Assembly: GCA_903911145.1 (NCBI GenBank)
Contig: CAIWCD010000002.1
Coordinates: 186,001 to 233,726 of the forward strand
DNA from: an uncultured delta proteobacterium
Lineage (GTDB): Bacteria; Myxococcota; Myxococcia; Myxococcales; 40CM-4-68-19
Reading direction: 5' to 3'
Length of the DNA stretch: 47,726 nt
In this document: piece by piece, positions 37,666 to 47,726 of the stretch
Layout of the letters: each line of letters starts with the position of its first letter
Numbering within the stretch: position 1 is the stretch's first letter
Notes under the pieces: generated by a model
Databases searched by the model: none
Seen by the model: only the letters and a program-made list of their open reading frames with translations
Told to the model about the DNA's origin: nothing
Made by a program: the position numbers and the translations under genes

Positions 37666-39396
37666 TCAACGTCGAGGTGCAACCTCAACCGTCTGACTCG
37701 CTGCGGGCGCGACCGTCGCCTTGAATGTGCGGCGCAGGTAGACCTGCTGGGCGATCGAAAGGACGTTGTTCACCAGGATGTAGAGAGTCAACCCAGACGG
37801 GAGATTGAACATCGCCAGAGTGAAGAACGCGCTCATCGCATACGTAACCGTCTTCTGGCTCGGGTTGGACGTCGGTGTCGGCGTGAGAACCTGCGTGATG
37901 ATCATCGTGACGCCCATCACCGCCGGGACGATGAAATATGGATCCTTCGCCGTCAGATCGTCGAGCCAGCCCGCAATAAACGCCGAGTTGTAGAGCTCCG
38001 CAGACACCCGGAGCGTGTTGTAGAGCGCGATCCAGATGGGGAACTGCACCAGCATTGGCAGGCACGAGGCCATCGGATTGACCCCGTGCTCCTGGAACAG
38101 CTTCATCTGCTCCTGGTTCTGCCGAGCGGTATCCCCCGCGTACTTCTTCTTCAGTTCATCAAGTTGGGGCTGAATCCGCTGCATCTCCTGCATCGACTTC
38201 ATCTGCTTGTGCGTCAGGGGGAAGGTCAGGAGCTTGATCGACAGCGTCAGCAAAATTATGGCAAGCCCCCAGTTGTGCGGTGGAATCGCGTCATGGAAGA
38301 AGCGCATCCCGACCAGCAGACCCTTGACGATGACTCCCCAGAAGCCAAAATCGATCGACTCTCGCAGGTGAGGAGAGACCTGATCGAGGATCTCTCCAAG
38401 TTTCGGACCGGCGAACGTAGCCACAGAGAGCTTCTGGGTCGCGCCCGCTGCGAGGGTCAGAGGAAAATCGAGCGCCGCACTGAGCGCTCCCTTCGCATCC
38501 GAGTTGACCCGGCATGCCGTTGCGCCGTCACCGACCGGGACCGCGGCCATCAGGAAGAACTGCTCGTTGATTCCGACGAAATCCGCATGCGTGGGGCTGC
38601 TCCAACTGCGGGGCTTGGCCACCTGCAGCTGTTCGGATTCCTTTCCTGCCTTGCACATCGCCTGGGCCGGCTGGACGCGAGACGAGAAATAGGTGGCCAT
38701 GAAGCCGCCGCTGCCCGCCGAGGGATCGCTCCAACCAGTGGTCAGCAGAGAGACCCGTCCGCTGAACGGCTGTTCGCTGCGCACTTCGAGCGCCACATCC
38801 AACTTGAAGGCTTGCGAATCAAGGCTGATCGTCTTGAGGACCTCGATTCCGTTTGCCCGACCTCGAAACGTTGCTGACCGATCATCCGCGGAGACAACCT
38901 CGTAGCCCGTATCAATGGGAAGGAGCGGGGCGACCGCGTTCGCCTGGTCGACGCCTGCCGAATTCCCAGATACCTCAAGAGAGAGCGGCAACGTCGAGTT
39001 GCCCTCAGCCACCAACTCAACAGGCTTTCGCTCCGCACCGTGAACCGATGCGTGGAGATACTTGGGCCCGAGCAGCTGCACCGAGTGAACAGCCGCTCCA
39101 TCACTCGTCAATTCAACCCGCATAGAGCTGGATTGGAGAGTGACCGTCCGGGTCGGTGGACGTGGAAGAGCAGGGGAGGGCGCAGTGGTTGGTGTTCCAC
39201 GTGAAACATCGTTCGGGACTGCGGCCGCCTTGGGGAGCTCGGCCGTGGTCGGGCCCTGAGCTGGAAGGGCAGCTGTCTGACCCGCAACAACTGGCGCGGG
39301 GGGATTGAGGCGCGGTTCAACGAAGATGCTCCAGCCATATGCAACAGCGAGGCAGAGGAAAATCGTGATGAAAAGCCGTCGATTGGTGTCGTTCAT
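37666..39396 (-). CDS. yidC: Membrane protein insertase YidC
   Basis: IDFGFW, NWGLAIILLT, KSMQEMQRIQP, GVNPMASCLP, QFPIWIALY, WLDDLTAKDP and PSGLTLY; ATG at 39396. Confidence 0.97.
   Translation of the reverse strand: MNDTNRRLFITIFLCLAVAYGWSIFVEPRLNPPAPVVAGQTAALPAQGPTTAELPKAAAVPNDVSRGTPTTAPSPALPRPPTRTVTLQSSSMRVELTSDGAAVHSVQLLGPKYLHASVHGAERKPVELVAEGNSTLPLSLEVSGNSAGVDQANAVAPLLPIDTGYEVVSADDRSATFRGRANGIEVLKTISLDSQAFKLDVALEVRSEQPFSGRVSLLTTGWSDPSAGSGGFMATYFSSRVQPAQAMCKAGKESEQLQVAKPRSWSSPTHADFVGINEQFFLMAAVPVGDGATACRVNSDAKGALSAALDFPLTLAAGATQKLSVATFAGPKLGEILDQVSPHLRESIDFGFWGVIVKGLLVGMRFFHDAIPPHNWGLAIILLTLSIKLLTFPLTHKQMKSMQEMQRIQPQLDELKKKYAGDTARQNQEQMKLFQEHGVNPMASCLPMLVQFPIWIALYNTLRVSAELYNSAFIAGWLDDLTAKDPYFIVPAVMGVTMIITQVLTPTPTSNPSQKTVTYAMSAFFTLAMFNLPSGLTLYILVNNVLSIAQQVYLRRTFKATVAPAASQTVEVAPRR
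39193..39208. promoter_or_regulatory. parS site 4, inside yidC
   Basis: TGTTCCACGTGAAACA; reads as (D)VSRGT in the YidC linker. Confidence 0.85.
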
Positions 39397-39445
39397 GGCA
39401 ATCCAGAGATGCGCCGTTCGAGGCCGCAGGAGATGCAGAGGTGGT

Positions 39446-39709
39446 TCATGGGCGTGGAACCGGGTCGATCCCACCGCGCGCCCAAGGGTGGCAACGTAAG
39501 AGGCGTCTGGCTGAGAGCAAGGACCCCCGGAAAGGTCCGTATTCGGCCAGGGCTTCTGCGGCATAGGCGGAACAGCTGGGCCAGTAGCGGCAGGAGGGGG
39601 CAAGAAGCGGAGAGATCAGCTTTTGATAAGCAAAAACAAAGAGTCTGAGCGGAAGCGCCAACAGCCAATAGAGGGGATTGGGCCGCAACGCATTTGCCCT
39701 ATCTCTCAT
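39446..39709 (-). CDS. yidD: Membrane protein insertion efficiency factor
   Basis: [19 protein letters not shown] and [17 protein letters not shown]. Confidence 0.96.
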   Translation of the reverse strand: MRDRANALRPNPLYWLLALPLRLFVFAYQKLISPLLAPSCRYWPSCSAYAAEALAEYGPFRGSLLSARRLLRCHPWARGGIDPVPRP

Positions 39710-40101
39710 GGCGTAGGCCCGATGGTTGCCGCGATGCGCTTGGAGGCACGCTTTAGCCAGTTCCGGAAGTCGATGACGCTCGCCCTGGTCGAAGAGGCGC
39801 GTGCGACCAGCACCAGGTCGATAGCCGGAAGGGTCGACAGCTCATGTCGAACGGCCTCCTTGAGGCGCCGCTTGACCTGGTTTCGAACCACCGATTCACC
39901 CACCTTCGATGAAACGACAAGACCCACGCGCGCAACCGCCAGATTCCCTGGCGATGCCCGTGTGGGTAGTGCTGGCCGCACGATGTAGCTTGCAGCCAGC
40001 GGTCCGTCGACGAAGCCCTTGCCCTGCTCTTTGACCTGCAGGAACTGCGCGCGCTGGAGAAGCCGCGCACTCTTTGGGAAGGCGAGGGCGCCCGCGCTCA
40101 A
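39706..40101 (-). CDS. rnpA: Ribonuclease P protein component
   Basis: FPKSARLL and [28 protein letters not shown] at 40101 just after the rpmH stop. Confidence 0.93.
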   Translation of the reverse strand: MSAGALAFPKSARLLQRAQFLQVKEQGKGFVDGPLAASYIVRPALPTRASPGNLAVARVGLVVSSKVGESVVRNQVKRRLKEAVRHELSTLPAIDLVLVARASSTRASVIDFRNWLKRASKRIAATIGPTP

Positions 40102-40103
40102 TG

Positions 40104-40253
40104 CTACTTCGTAGGCGCGCGAACGGTGAGCCGCTTGCGGCCCTTCGTCCGGCGGCGCTTCAATACAGCGCGACCCTGCTTCGTTGCCATCCGCTTGCGA
40201 AACCCGTGCTCCTTGTTTCGCCGCACTTTGCTCGGCTGATACGTACGCTTCAC
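40104..40253 (-). CDS. rpmH: 50S ribosomal protein L34 (not in the ORF track)
   Basis: GTG start; [55 protein letters not shown]. Confidence 0.98.
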   Translation of the reverse strand: MKRTYQPSKVRRNKEHGFRKRMATKQGRAVLKRRRTKGRKRLTVRAPTK

Positions 40254-40444
40254 GGCACAACTCCAATCGATGCGAAAAGACTGCTTTGGAAAAAACGCGG
40301 CACTGAAAGCACGCGATCGAAGGCGATGTCAAGAGAACAGCGCGATCCTCCGATCATTTTTGCCAAGCCCGGTTGACGTCCGGAGCCTTGTCCCGCTTGA
40401 TCCCGCGTCGATCCAACGCCTTGCCCGATCGCTCGGGATCTCAC

Positions 40445-40473
40445 TTGATCGTCACCTATGGTGTTGCTAGGGT
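40445..40473 (+). promoter_or_regulatory. Putative dnaA promoter
   Basis: TTGATC-N17-TAGGGT with extended TG at 40465. Confidence 0.5.
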
Positions 40474-40553
40474 CAGTCGCCTCCCGATGACGCCGCAAGG
40501 ATGGCACTCCCGCAGCAAGTCGAGCTCTCCACCGCGTCCGAAACGACGCGCAT

Positions 40554-40635
40554 GTACTTGTATTCTCTGTTTTTATTGAAAGGTTGTTCCGATGTCTGGT
40601 TCTTTGTCCACAGGTGTGCGCAACTCTGTGGATGG
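40554..40635. promoter_or_regulatory. AT-rich tract and DnaA-box cluster upstream of dnaA
   Basis: TATTCTCTGTTTTTATTGAAA, then TTGTCCACA (40604), TGTGCGCAA (40615) and TGTGGATGG (40627). Confidence 0.7.
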
Positions 40636-40675
40636 CCCGGCTGATGCTCGGGCGACGCACGCGGAAGGTCTGTCA

Positions 40676-42046
40676 GTGACGACGGAAGACGCAGCGATCG
40701 ATCTTTGGGTGAAGGCGTCAGAGCGGCTCCGTGCGAGGCTCGCCCGGCATACCTTCCAGACCTACTTCGAGCCGATCCGACCTTTAAGCCTCGAGGGGAA
40801 TGAGCTGGTGCTTGCCCACTCGAGCAAGTTCATGATCGACTGGGTTCGCGACAACCTGCTCGACGTCCTTCTCCAGGATCTCGAAGCGCAGCTCGGGCGC
40901 TCGATCGAAGTCCGCTTCGTCGCGCGTGAGCGGCCCGATGGGGAGAGCGACGCGTCACCATCTCCCTTCACAGCGACCGTCACGCCCGGCCGTATCGATT
41001 CAACTCCGCCTCCCGTGCGGCCTCTGACGATCAACCCGAAGTACACGTTCGATTCGTTCGTCGTCGGACCATCGAACCAGTTCGCTGTTGCCGCCTGCAC
41101 TTCGGTCGCAAACGCGCCGGGCAAGCACTACAACCCGCTCTTCCTCTACGGCGGCGTCGGTCTCGGCAAGACGCACCTGGTGCATGCGGTGGGAAACCAC
41201 GCGCTCAAGCAGAATCCCAATTGCCAGGTCGTCTATCTCTCGAGCGAGGCGTTTACCAACGACCTGATTCACGCGCTCGAGATGCATCGGATGCCGGAGT
41301 TTCGCGCGCGCTATCGAGAGAAGTGCGACGTGCTGCTCCTCGACGACATCCAGTTTCTCGGCAACAAGAAGCAGATGATGGAGGAGTTCTTCCACACCTT
41401 CAACGCGCTCCACGAAGGTGGGAAGCAGATCTTCGTCACCAGCGACAAGCTGCCCAACGAGATCGAGGGATTTGAAGAGCGGCTGCGCTCGCGATTTCAG
41501 TGGGGACTCATCGCCGACATCCAGCAACCGGAGATGGAGACGCGCGTTGCAATCTTGAAGAAGAAGGCCGCGAACGACGGCATCCATCTCAATGACGAAG
41601 TGGCGCTCTTTCTCGGCACGCACATCCGCAGCAACGTGCGCGAACTTGAAGGAAGCCTGATTCGACTCTCTGCATTTGCCTCGCTGACCAACACGGCGAT
41701 CACGGTCGAACTCGCTAGGGACGTGCTCAAGAACGTGCTCGTCGTTCGCGGAGACAAGCCGGACGTCGACGCGATCATCAAGATTGTCGGAGATGGAATG
41801 CAGGTGAAGCCGGCCGATATCCGTGGCGACCGCCGCCAGCAAGGGATTGCGCGCGCACGCCAGGTGGCGATGTACCTGACGCGCAAGATCACGGCGCTCA
41901 GCTACCCGGCCATCGGAGAGAAGTTTGGTGGGAAGGATCACAGCACGGTGATCAACGCTGAGCATCGCATCGAAGAGCTGATGGGTGAGGACGCTGACTT
42001 CCGTGCGCTGGTCGAGTCGCTGTCGCGCAGGCTCGGTGGTGCGTAG
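40676..42046 (+). CDS. dnaA: Chromosomal replication initiator DnaA
   Basis: NPKYTFDSFV, YNPLFLYGGVGLGKTHL, DDIQFL, RLRSRF, NVRELEG and GGKDHSTV. GTG 40676 with a GGAAGG SD is preferred over ATG 40592, which would run through the DnaA boxes. Confidence 0.99.
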   Translation: MTTEDAAIDLWVKASERLRARLARHTFQTYFEPIRPLSLEGNELVLAHSSKFMIDWVRDNLLDVLLQDLEAQLGRSIEVRFVARERPDGESDASPSPFTATVTPGRIDSTPPPVRPLTINPKYTFDSFVVGPSNQFAVAACTSVANAPGKHYNPLFLYGGVGLGKTHLVHAVGNHALKQNPNCQVVYLSSEAFTNDLIHALEMHRMPEFRARYREKCDVLLLDDIQFLGNKKQMMEEFFHTFNALHEGGKQIFVTSDKLPNEIEGFEERLRSRFQWGLIADIQQPEMETRVAILKKKAANDGIHLNDEVALFLGTHIRSNVRELEGSLIRLSAFASLTNTAITVELARDVLKNVLVVRGDKPDVDAIIKIVGDGMQVKPADIRGDRRQQGIARARQVAMYLTRKITALSYPAIGEKFGGKDHSTVINAEHRIEELMGEDADFRALVESLSRRLGGA

Positions 42047-42262
42047 CTGCATGTGGATAACTGCTGTGAACCGCAAGCTCGAACCGTGTTGACCGCGTGA
42101 GCGAACGGTTGCTACACAGGCCGCGCACAAGCATCACCAGGCGCAAGCCACAGATGGTTTCGTTGAGATCCCGAGGCGGTTACGTTGTCCGCCCACAAGT
42201 TCACAAGCTCTACTGTTACGACGAGCATATCTGTAGAAGATTTTTGAAAGGAAAAGAGCACC
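42047..42262. other. oriC unwinding region (dnaA-dnaN intergenic)
   Basis: Perfect DnaA box TGTGGATAA (42052), several degenerate boxes, tandem boxes 42189-42205, then CTA-CTG-TTA trios and an AT-rich tract. Confidence 0.8.
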
Positions 42263-43384
42263 ATGGAACTTCAGATCGACCGCGATGAGTTCCAGCAGGC
42301 CCTCTACCGAGCGCAGGGAATCGTCGAGAAGAAGAGCACGATGCCGATTCTCGCGTCGGTGCTGCTTGAGGCAGCGACGGGCGAGAAGGGCGGCACTCTC
42401 CGCGTATCGGCGTTCGATCTCGAGATCGGCGTGTCCGGTGTGCATCCCGCCGAGGTGAAGAAGGCCGGGTCCGTGGCGCTCAAGCACAAGGAGCTCTACG
42501 ACATCGTGCGCTCGCTGCCGGACAAGACCGTCTCGCTCAAGAGGGAGGCGAACAATCGCGTCCAGATCAGCTCGGGCACCGCGACGTTCAATCTCGTCGG
42601 GCAGCCGGCGGAGGAGTATCCGCAGTTTCCGCGCGCCGACAAAGTCGCGCTGGTGGCGATCGAGCCGACGCAGCTGCTCGAGATGATCGAGAAGACGCAG
42701 TTCGCGATCTCGGCGGATGAGACGCGGCACAACTTGAATGGCGTCTATCTCGAGGGCGGTGCGGGCAAGCTCAAGATGGTCGCGACCGACGGGCATCGCC
42801 TCGCGCTTTGTGATCGCGAGACGCCCGGAGATTTCGCTCTCAAGAAGGGCGTGATCGTTCCGAAGAAGGGTCTCTTCGAGCTGCGACGCCTCCTCGACGA
42901 AGCGTCGACGGCGCCGTGTGAACTTGGCTTCAACGAGACGTCGGGAGTGTTCCGCCGCGGCGAGCTGACGATGGTGATGAGGCTCATCGACGGCTCGTTC
43001 CCCGACTACGCGCAGGTGATCCCGAAGGAGGCCGAGCGGATCGTTACGGTGGAGCGCTCGCGTTTCCTCGAGGTGCTCAAGCTGATCACGGTGATCTCGA
43101 GCGATCGCGCGACCAATCCGGTGAGGCTCGAGCTGTCCGAGGGCACGCTCAAGGTGACGAGCCAGAATCCCGATCTCGGCGACGCGAAGGAAGAGATCGC
43201 CGTCGAATACTCAGGGACGCCGCTCTCGATCGGCTTCAACGCGCGCTATCTGATGGACGTGCTCAATGTCATCGATACGCCCCAGGTCAAGCTCGAGTTG
43301 TGCGATGAGCTCTCTCCCGGTGTGCTCAAGCCGAGCGGCCCAGATGCGCGCTACACCGCTGTGATCATGCCGATGAGAATCTGA
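42263..43384 (+). CDS. dnaN: DNA polymerase III beta clamp
   Basis: TMPIL, DETRHNLNG, VATDGHRL, RLIDGSFPDY, IGFNARYL and VIMPMRI. Confidence 0.99.
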   Translation: MELQIDRDEFQQALYRAQGIVEKKSTMPILASVLLEAATGEKGGTLRVSAFDLEIGVSGVHPAEVKKAGSVALKHKELYDIVRSLPDKTVSLKREANNRVQISSGTATFNLVGQPAEEYPQFPRADKVALVAIEPTQLLEMIEKTQFAISADETRHNLNGVYLEGGAGKLKMVATDGHRLALCDRETPGDFALKKGVIVPKKGLFELRRLLDEASTAPCELGFNETSGVFRRGELTMVMRLIDGSFPDYAQVIPKEAERIVTVERSRFLEVLKLITVISSDRATNPVRLELSEGTLKVTSQNPDLGDAKEEIAVEYSGTPLSIGFNARYLMDVLNVIDTPQVKLELCDELSPGVLKPSGPDARYTAVIMPMRI

Positions 43385-43761
43385 TGCGGTCGAAGGCGCT
43401 GAAAATTTTCGCTGCGCTCGCGTTGCTCGCGCCTCCAGTGGCGAGCGCGAAGGGAAAGTCGGCGCCTGTTTCTGACGCGCGGACGCAGGGCCTGGGTAGA
43501 TCGTGCGCGACGAAGAAGGATTGCGCGGGACGCGGCCACGTCTGCCTCAAGGAGAGCGACGCCAACGGCAAGGAGCTTACGCAGGGGATCTGCGCGCTGC
43601 CGTGCGCCGCGATTGACGCTGGAATGACTGCGCCGCAGATGGATCCGACGCCGAGCAACGTTGAGGTCGCGAAGAAGCCGCCGCCTCCACGATGCCCGAA
43701 GCACTACCAGTGCCGCTCAGCAGGGACGGGCGTGCCGATCGATCTCTGCGTCAAGGAGTAG
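43384..43761 (+). CDS. Secreted Cys-rich hypothetical protein
   Basis: Signal peptide ending ASA, eight Cys; TGATG overlap with the dnaN stop. Confidence 0.75.
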   Translation: MRSKALKIFAALALLAPPVASAKGKSAPVSDARTQGLGRSCATKKDCAGRGHVCLKESDANGKELTQGICALPCAAIDAGMTAPQMDPTPSNVEVAKKPPPPRCPKHYQCRSAGTGVPIDLCVKE

Positions 43762-43764
43762 GCC

Positions 43765-44895
43765 GTTCTTCTCCGCGCGCTGGCAACGACAGGTTTTCGC
43801 AATCTCGAATCGGCGGAGATCGCGCTCTCTCCATCGGCAACCGTGCTCGAGGGGCCGAACGGGCAGGGCAAGACCAACTTTCTCGAGGCCTGCTATCTCG
43901 CCTGCACGCTGCGACCCCTGCGTGCGCAGCGGCTCGCGGAGTTGGTGAATTTCGGCGCGGACGCTGCGCGAGTGACGGCGCAGTTCGAAATGCGCGGAGG
44001 CGATCGGGCCGTCGAGATCGAGATCGCGCAAGGAAGGCGCGTTGCGCGGCTCGATGGAAAACCGCTGCGCGATCCGGACGAGCTGTTTCGCGAGCTGGCC
44101 GTGGTGGCGTTCACGCCCGACGATCTCTCTCTTGTGCGCGCTGGGCCCGACCTGCGCAGGCGGCTGCTCGATCGCGCCGTGCAGAATCGACATCCCGCGC
44201 AGCTCTCCGATGCGCGCGACTATCTGCGTGCGCTCAAGAGCCGCAACGAGCTGCTGCGACAGGGGGCGCCTGATGCGCTTCGCGAAGCATTCGATGGGCC
44301 GCTGGCGCAGGTGGGCGCGCGGATCCGTCTGCGGCGCGAGGAGATCCTGCGCGAGCTTTCCCCCTTTGCCGAGCGCGCGTTTTCGCAGGTGGCGCGCGGC
44401 GAGGCGACTCTCGCTCTCTCGTACCAGGTCGCGGGTGGCGATCTGCAGCCAATCGTCGGCGAGAGTGAATCGGCGCTCTCCGCGCGGCTCGCGCAAGGGC
44501 TCTCCGCGCGGCTTTCCCGCGATCGCCTGCGTGGTTTCACATCGGTGGGGCCGCACGCCGACGATCTCTCGATCTCGCTGGGAGAGAAGCCAGCGCGCGC
44601 GTTTGCAAGCCAGGGACAGGCGCGCGCGATCGTGCTCGCATTCAAGATCGGCGAGATCGAGAATCTCCGCGCCCAGCAAGGGCGCGCGCCACTTCTTCTG
44701 CTCGACGATGTCTCGAGCGAACTCGACCCGGAGCGCAACGCGTTCCTCATGCGCTCGCTCGCGGCGCTCGCCGGCCAGGTGCTGCTGACCACCACGGACG
44801 CAGATCATCTCGTGGGAGCGCTCAGAGACGCGCGCGGCGAGGCGGGAGACGTTCGCCTCTACCAGGTGCGCGCGGGGAGGATCCAGGCGGGATGA
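43765..44895 (+). CDS. recF: DNA replication/repair protein RecF; start anomalous
   Basis: FRNL, GPNGQGKTNFLEA, RRRLLD, GPHADDL, SQGQ and LLLDDVSSELD. Homology extends upstream of the first canonical start (GTG 43843) to GTT 43765. Confidence 0.95.
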   Translation, partial: VLLRALATTGFRNLESAEIALSPSATVLEGPNGQGKTNFLEACYLACTLRPLRAQRLAELVNFGADAARVTAQFEMRGGDRAVEIEIAQGRRVARLDGKPLRDPDELFRELAVVAFTPDDLSLVRAGPDLRRRLLDRAVQNRHPAQLSDARDYLRALKSRNELLRQGAPDALREAFDGPLAQVGARIRLRREEILRELSPFAERAFSQVARGEATLALSYQVAGGDLQPIVGESESALSARLAQGLSARLSRDRLRGFTSVGPHADDLSISLGEKPARAFASQGQARAIVLAFKIGEIENLRAQQGRAPLLLLDDVSSELDPERNAFLMRSLAALAGQVLLTTTDADHLVGALRDARGEAGDVRLYQVRAGRIQAG

Positions 44896-45064
44896 TTTGA
44901 GTGCAAACGATTATCGAAAATTGATAAATCGATTATCGAAAACGGGAATTGAGCGGGCACGCTTTTCGGCGCGACGCAAGCGGCGACCAGAACCACCAAT
45001 TTCCGAGTGAAAAATTGCCCGCGACCAGCGCGCCGGATCGCGCGCGAACTGGCCTTGGTATTGC

Positions 45065-45093
45065 TTGACCCGACAGGCCTCGCGTGTTACCAA
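45065..45093 (+). promoter_or_regulatory. Putative gyrB promoter
   Basis: TTGACC-N17-TACCAA with extended TG at 45085. Confidence 0.45.
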
Positions 45094-45133
45094 AACCGGC
45101 TGCAAAAAATTTTGCAAAACCGTATCGAGGTGA

Positions 45134-47590
<2,457 letters not shown>

Positions 47591-47726
47591 CAGGGTGTTG
47601 AAGATCGCTCGGACGCGGAGTTCTGCCCTCGTCTCGCCGCCGACCTCGAAGAGGCCGGCGGTCGTCCGCCCAGGCCAGAGCTCAGGCGGTCTGCGGCGTC
47701 AGTTTCGCGATGCGGAGCAAGTTGTA
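47591..47726 (-). mobile_element. Downstream end of an IS5-like insertion sequence, cut by the window edge
   Basis: Minus strand ends ...TTCAACACCCTG-CTAG, resembling IS5-type terminal IRs with a CTAG target, and carries a transposase-like C-terminus. Confidence 0.65.
47682..47726 (-). CDS. C-terminal 14 aa of a probable DDE transposase
   Basis: Reads YNLLRIAKLTPQTA-stop; YNLxR is the usual terminal helix of IS5/IS1182/IS4-type transposases. Confidence 0.6.
   Translation of the reverse strand, partial: YNLLRIAKLTPQTA

Noticed and set aside
36852..37724. Several short ORFs in the rsmG-yidC gap
   Set aside because: They overlap in conflicting frames and show no motifs or convincing SD.
40315..40450. 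Eight GATC sites in the rpmH-dnaA spacer, suggesting Dam/SeqA control
   Set aside because: GATC is abundant throughout the window, and SeqA control is a gammaproteobacterial feature with no support here.

Overview
This is the GC-rich replication-origin region of a bacterial chromosome, most likely Myxococcota (deltaproteobacterial). That assignment is an inference from the parA-parB-bactofilin linkage, TGTTCCACGTGGAAC parS sites, an FHA-GGDEF protein, a Hanks kinase and Cys-rich secreted proteins. Left to right: end of recA, a TerB/LETM1-like gene, dnaJ, a GT-C glycosyltransferase, then rimO/yajQ/nucleotide-sugar dehydrogenase/rnj on the minus strand. Next come a BNR-repeat lipoprotein, an NmrA-like gene, pcrA/uvrD, a NYN protein and add. 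A glycogen operon follows (glgC-GH57-FHA/GGDEF-galT-like-glgA-Ser/Thr kinase), then an F0-only ATP synthase operon, a tandem cNMP-binding protein, hsp20, bactofilin and an OPT transporter. The origin block is parB-parA with four parS sites, rsmG, yidC-yidD-rnpA-rpmH, dnaA-oriC-dnaN, a Cys-rich gene, recF and gyrB, ending in one end of an IS5-like element at the CTAG of the gyrB stop. Most genes are housekeeping. The best candidate for an undescribed system is the kinase plus FHA-diguanylate cyclase pair inside the glycogen operon. Other oddities: recF with GTT where its start codon should be, a GyrB with altered conserved motifs, a dispersed AT-rich 17-bp motif, and a promoter shared by dnaJ and hsp20. 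I found no CRISPR array, rRNA or tRNA. All calls come from reading motifs; no searches were run.
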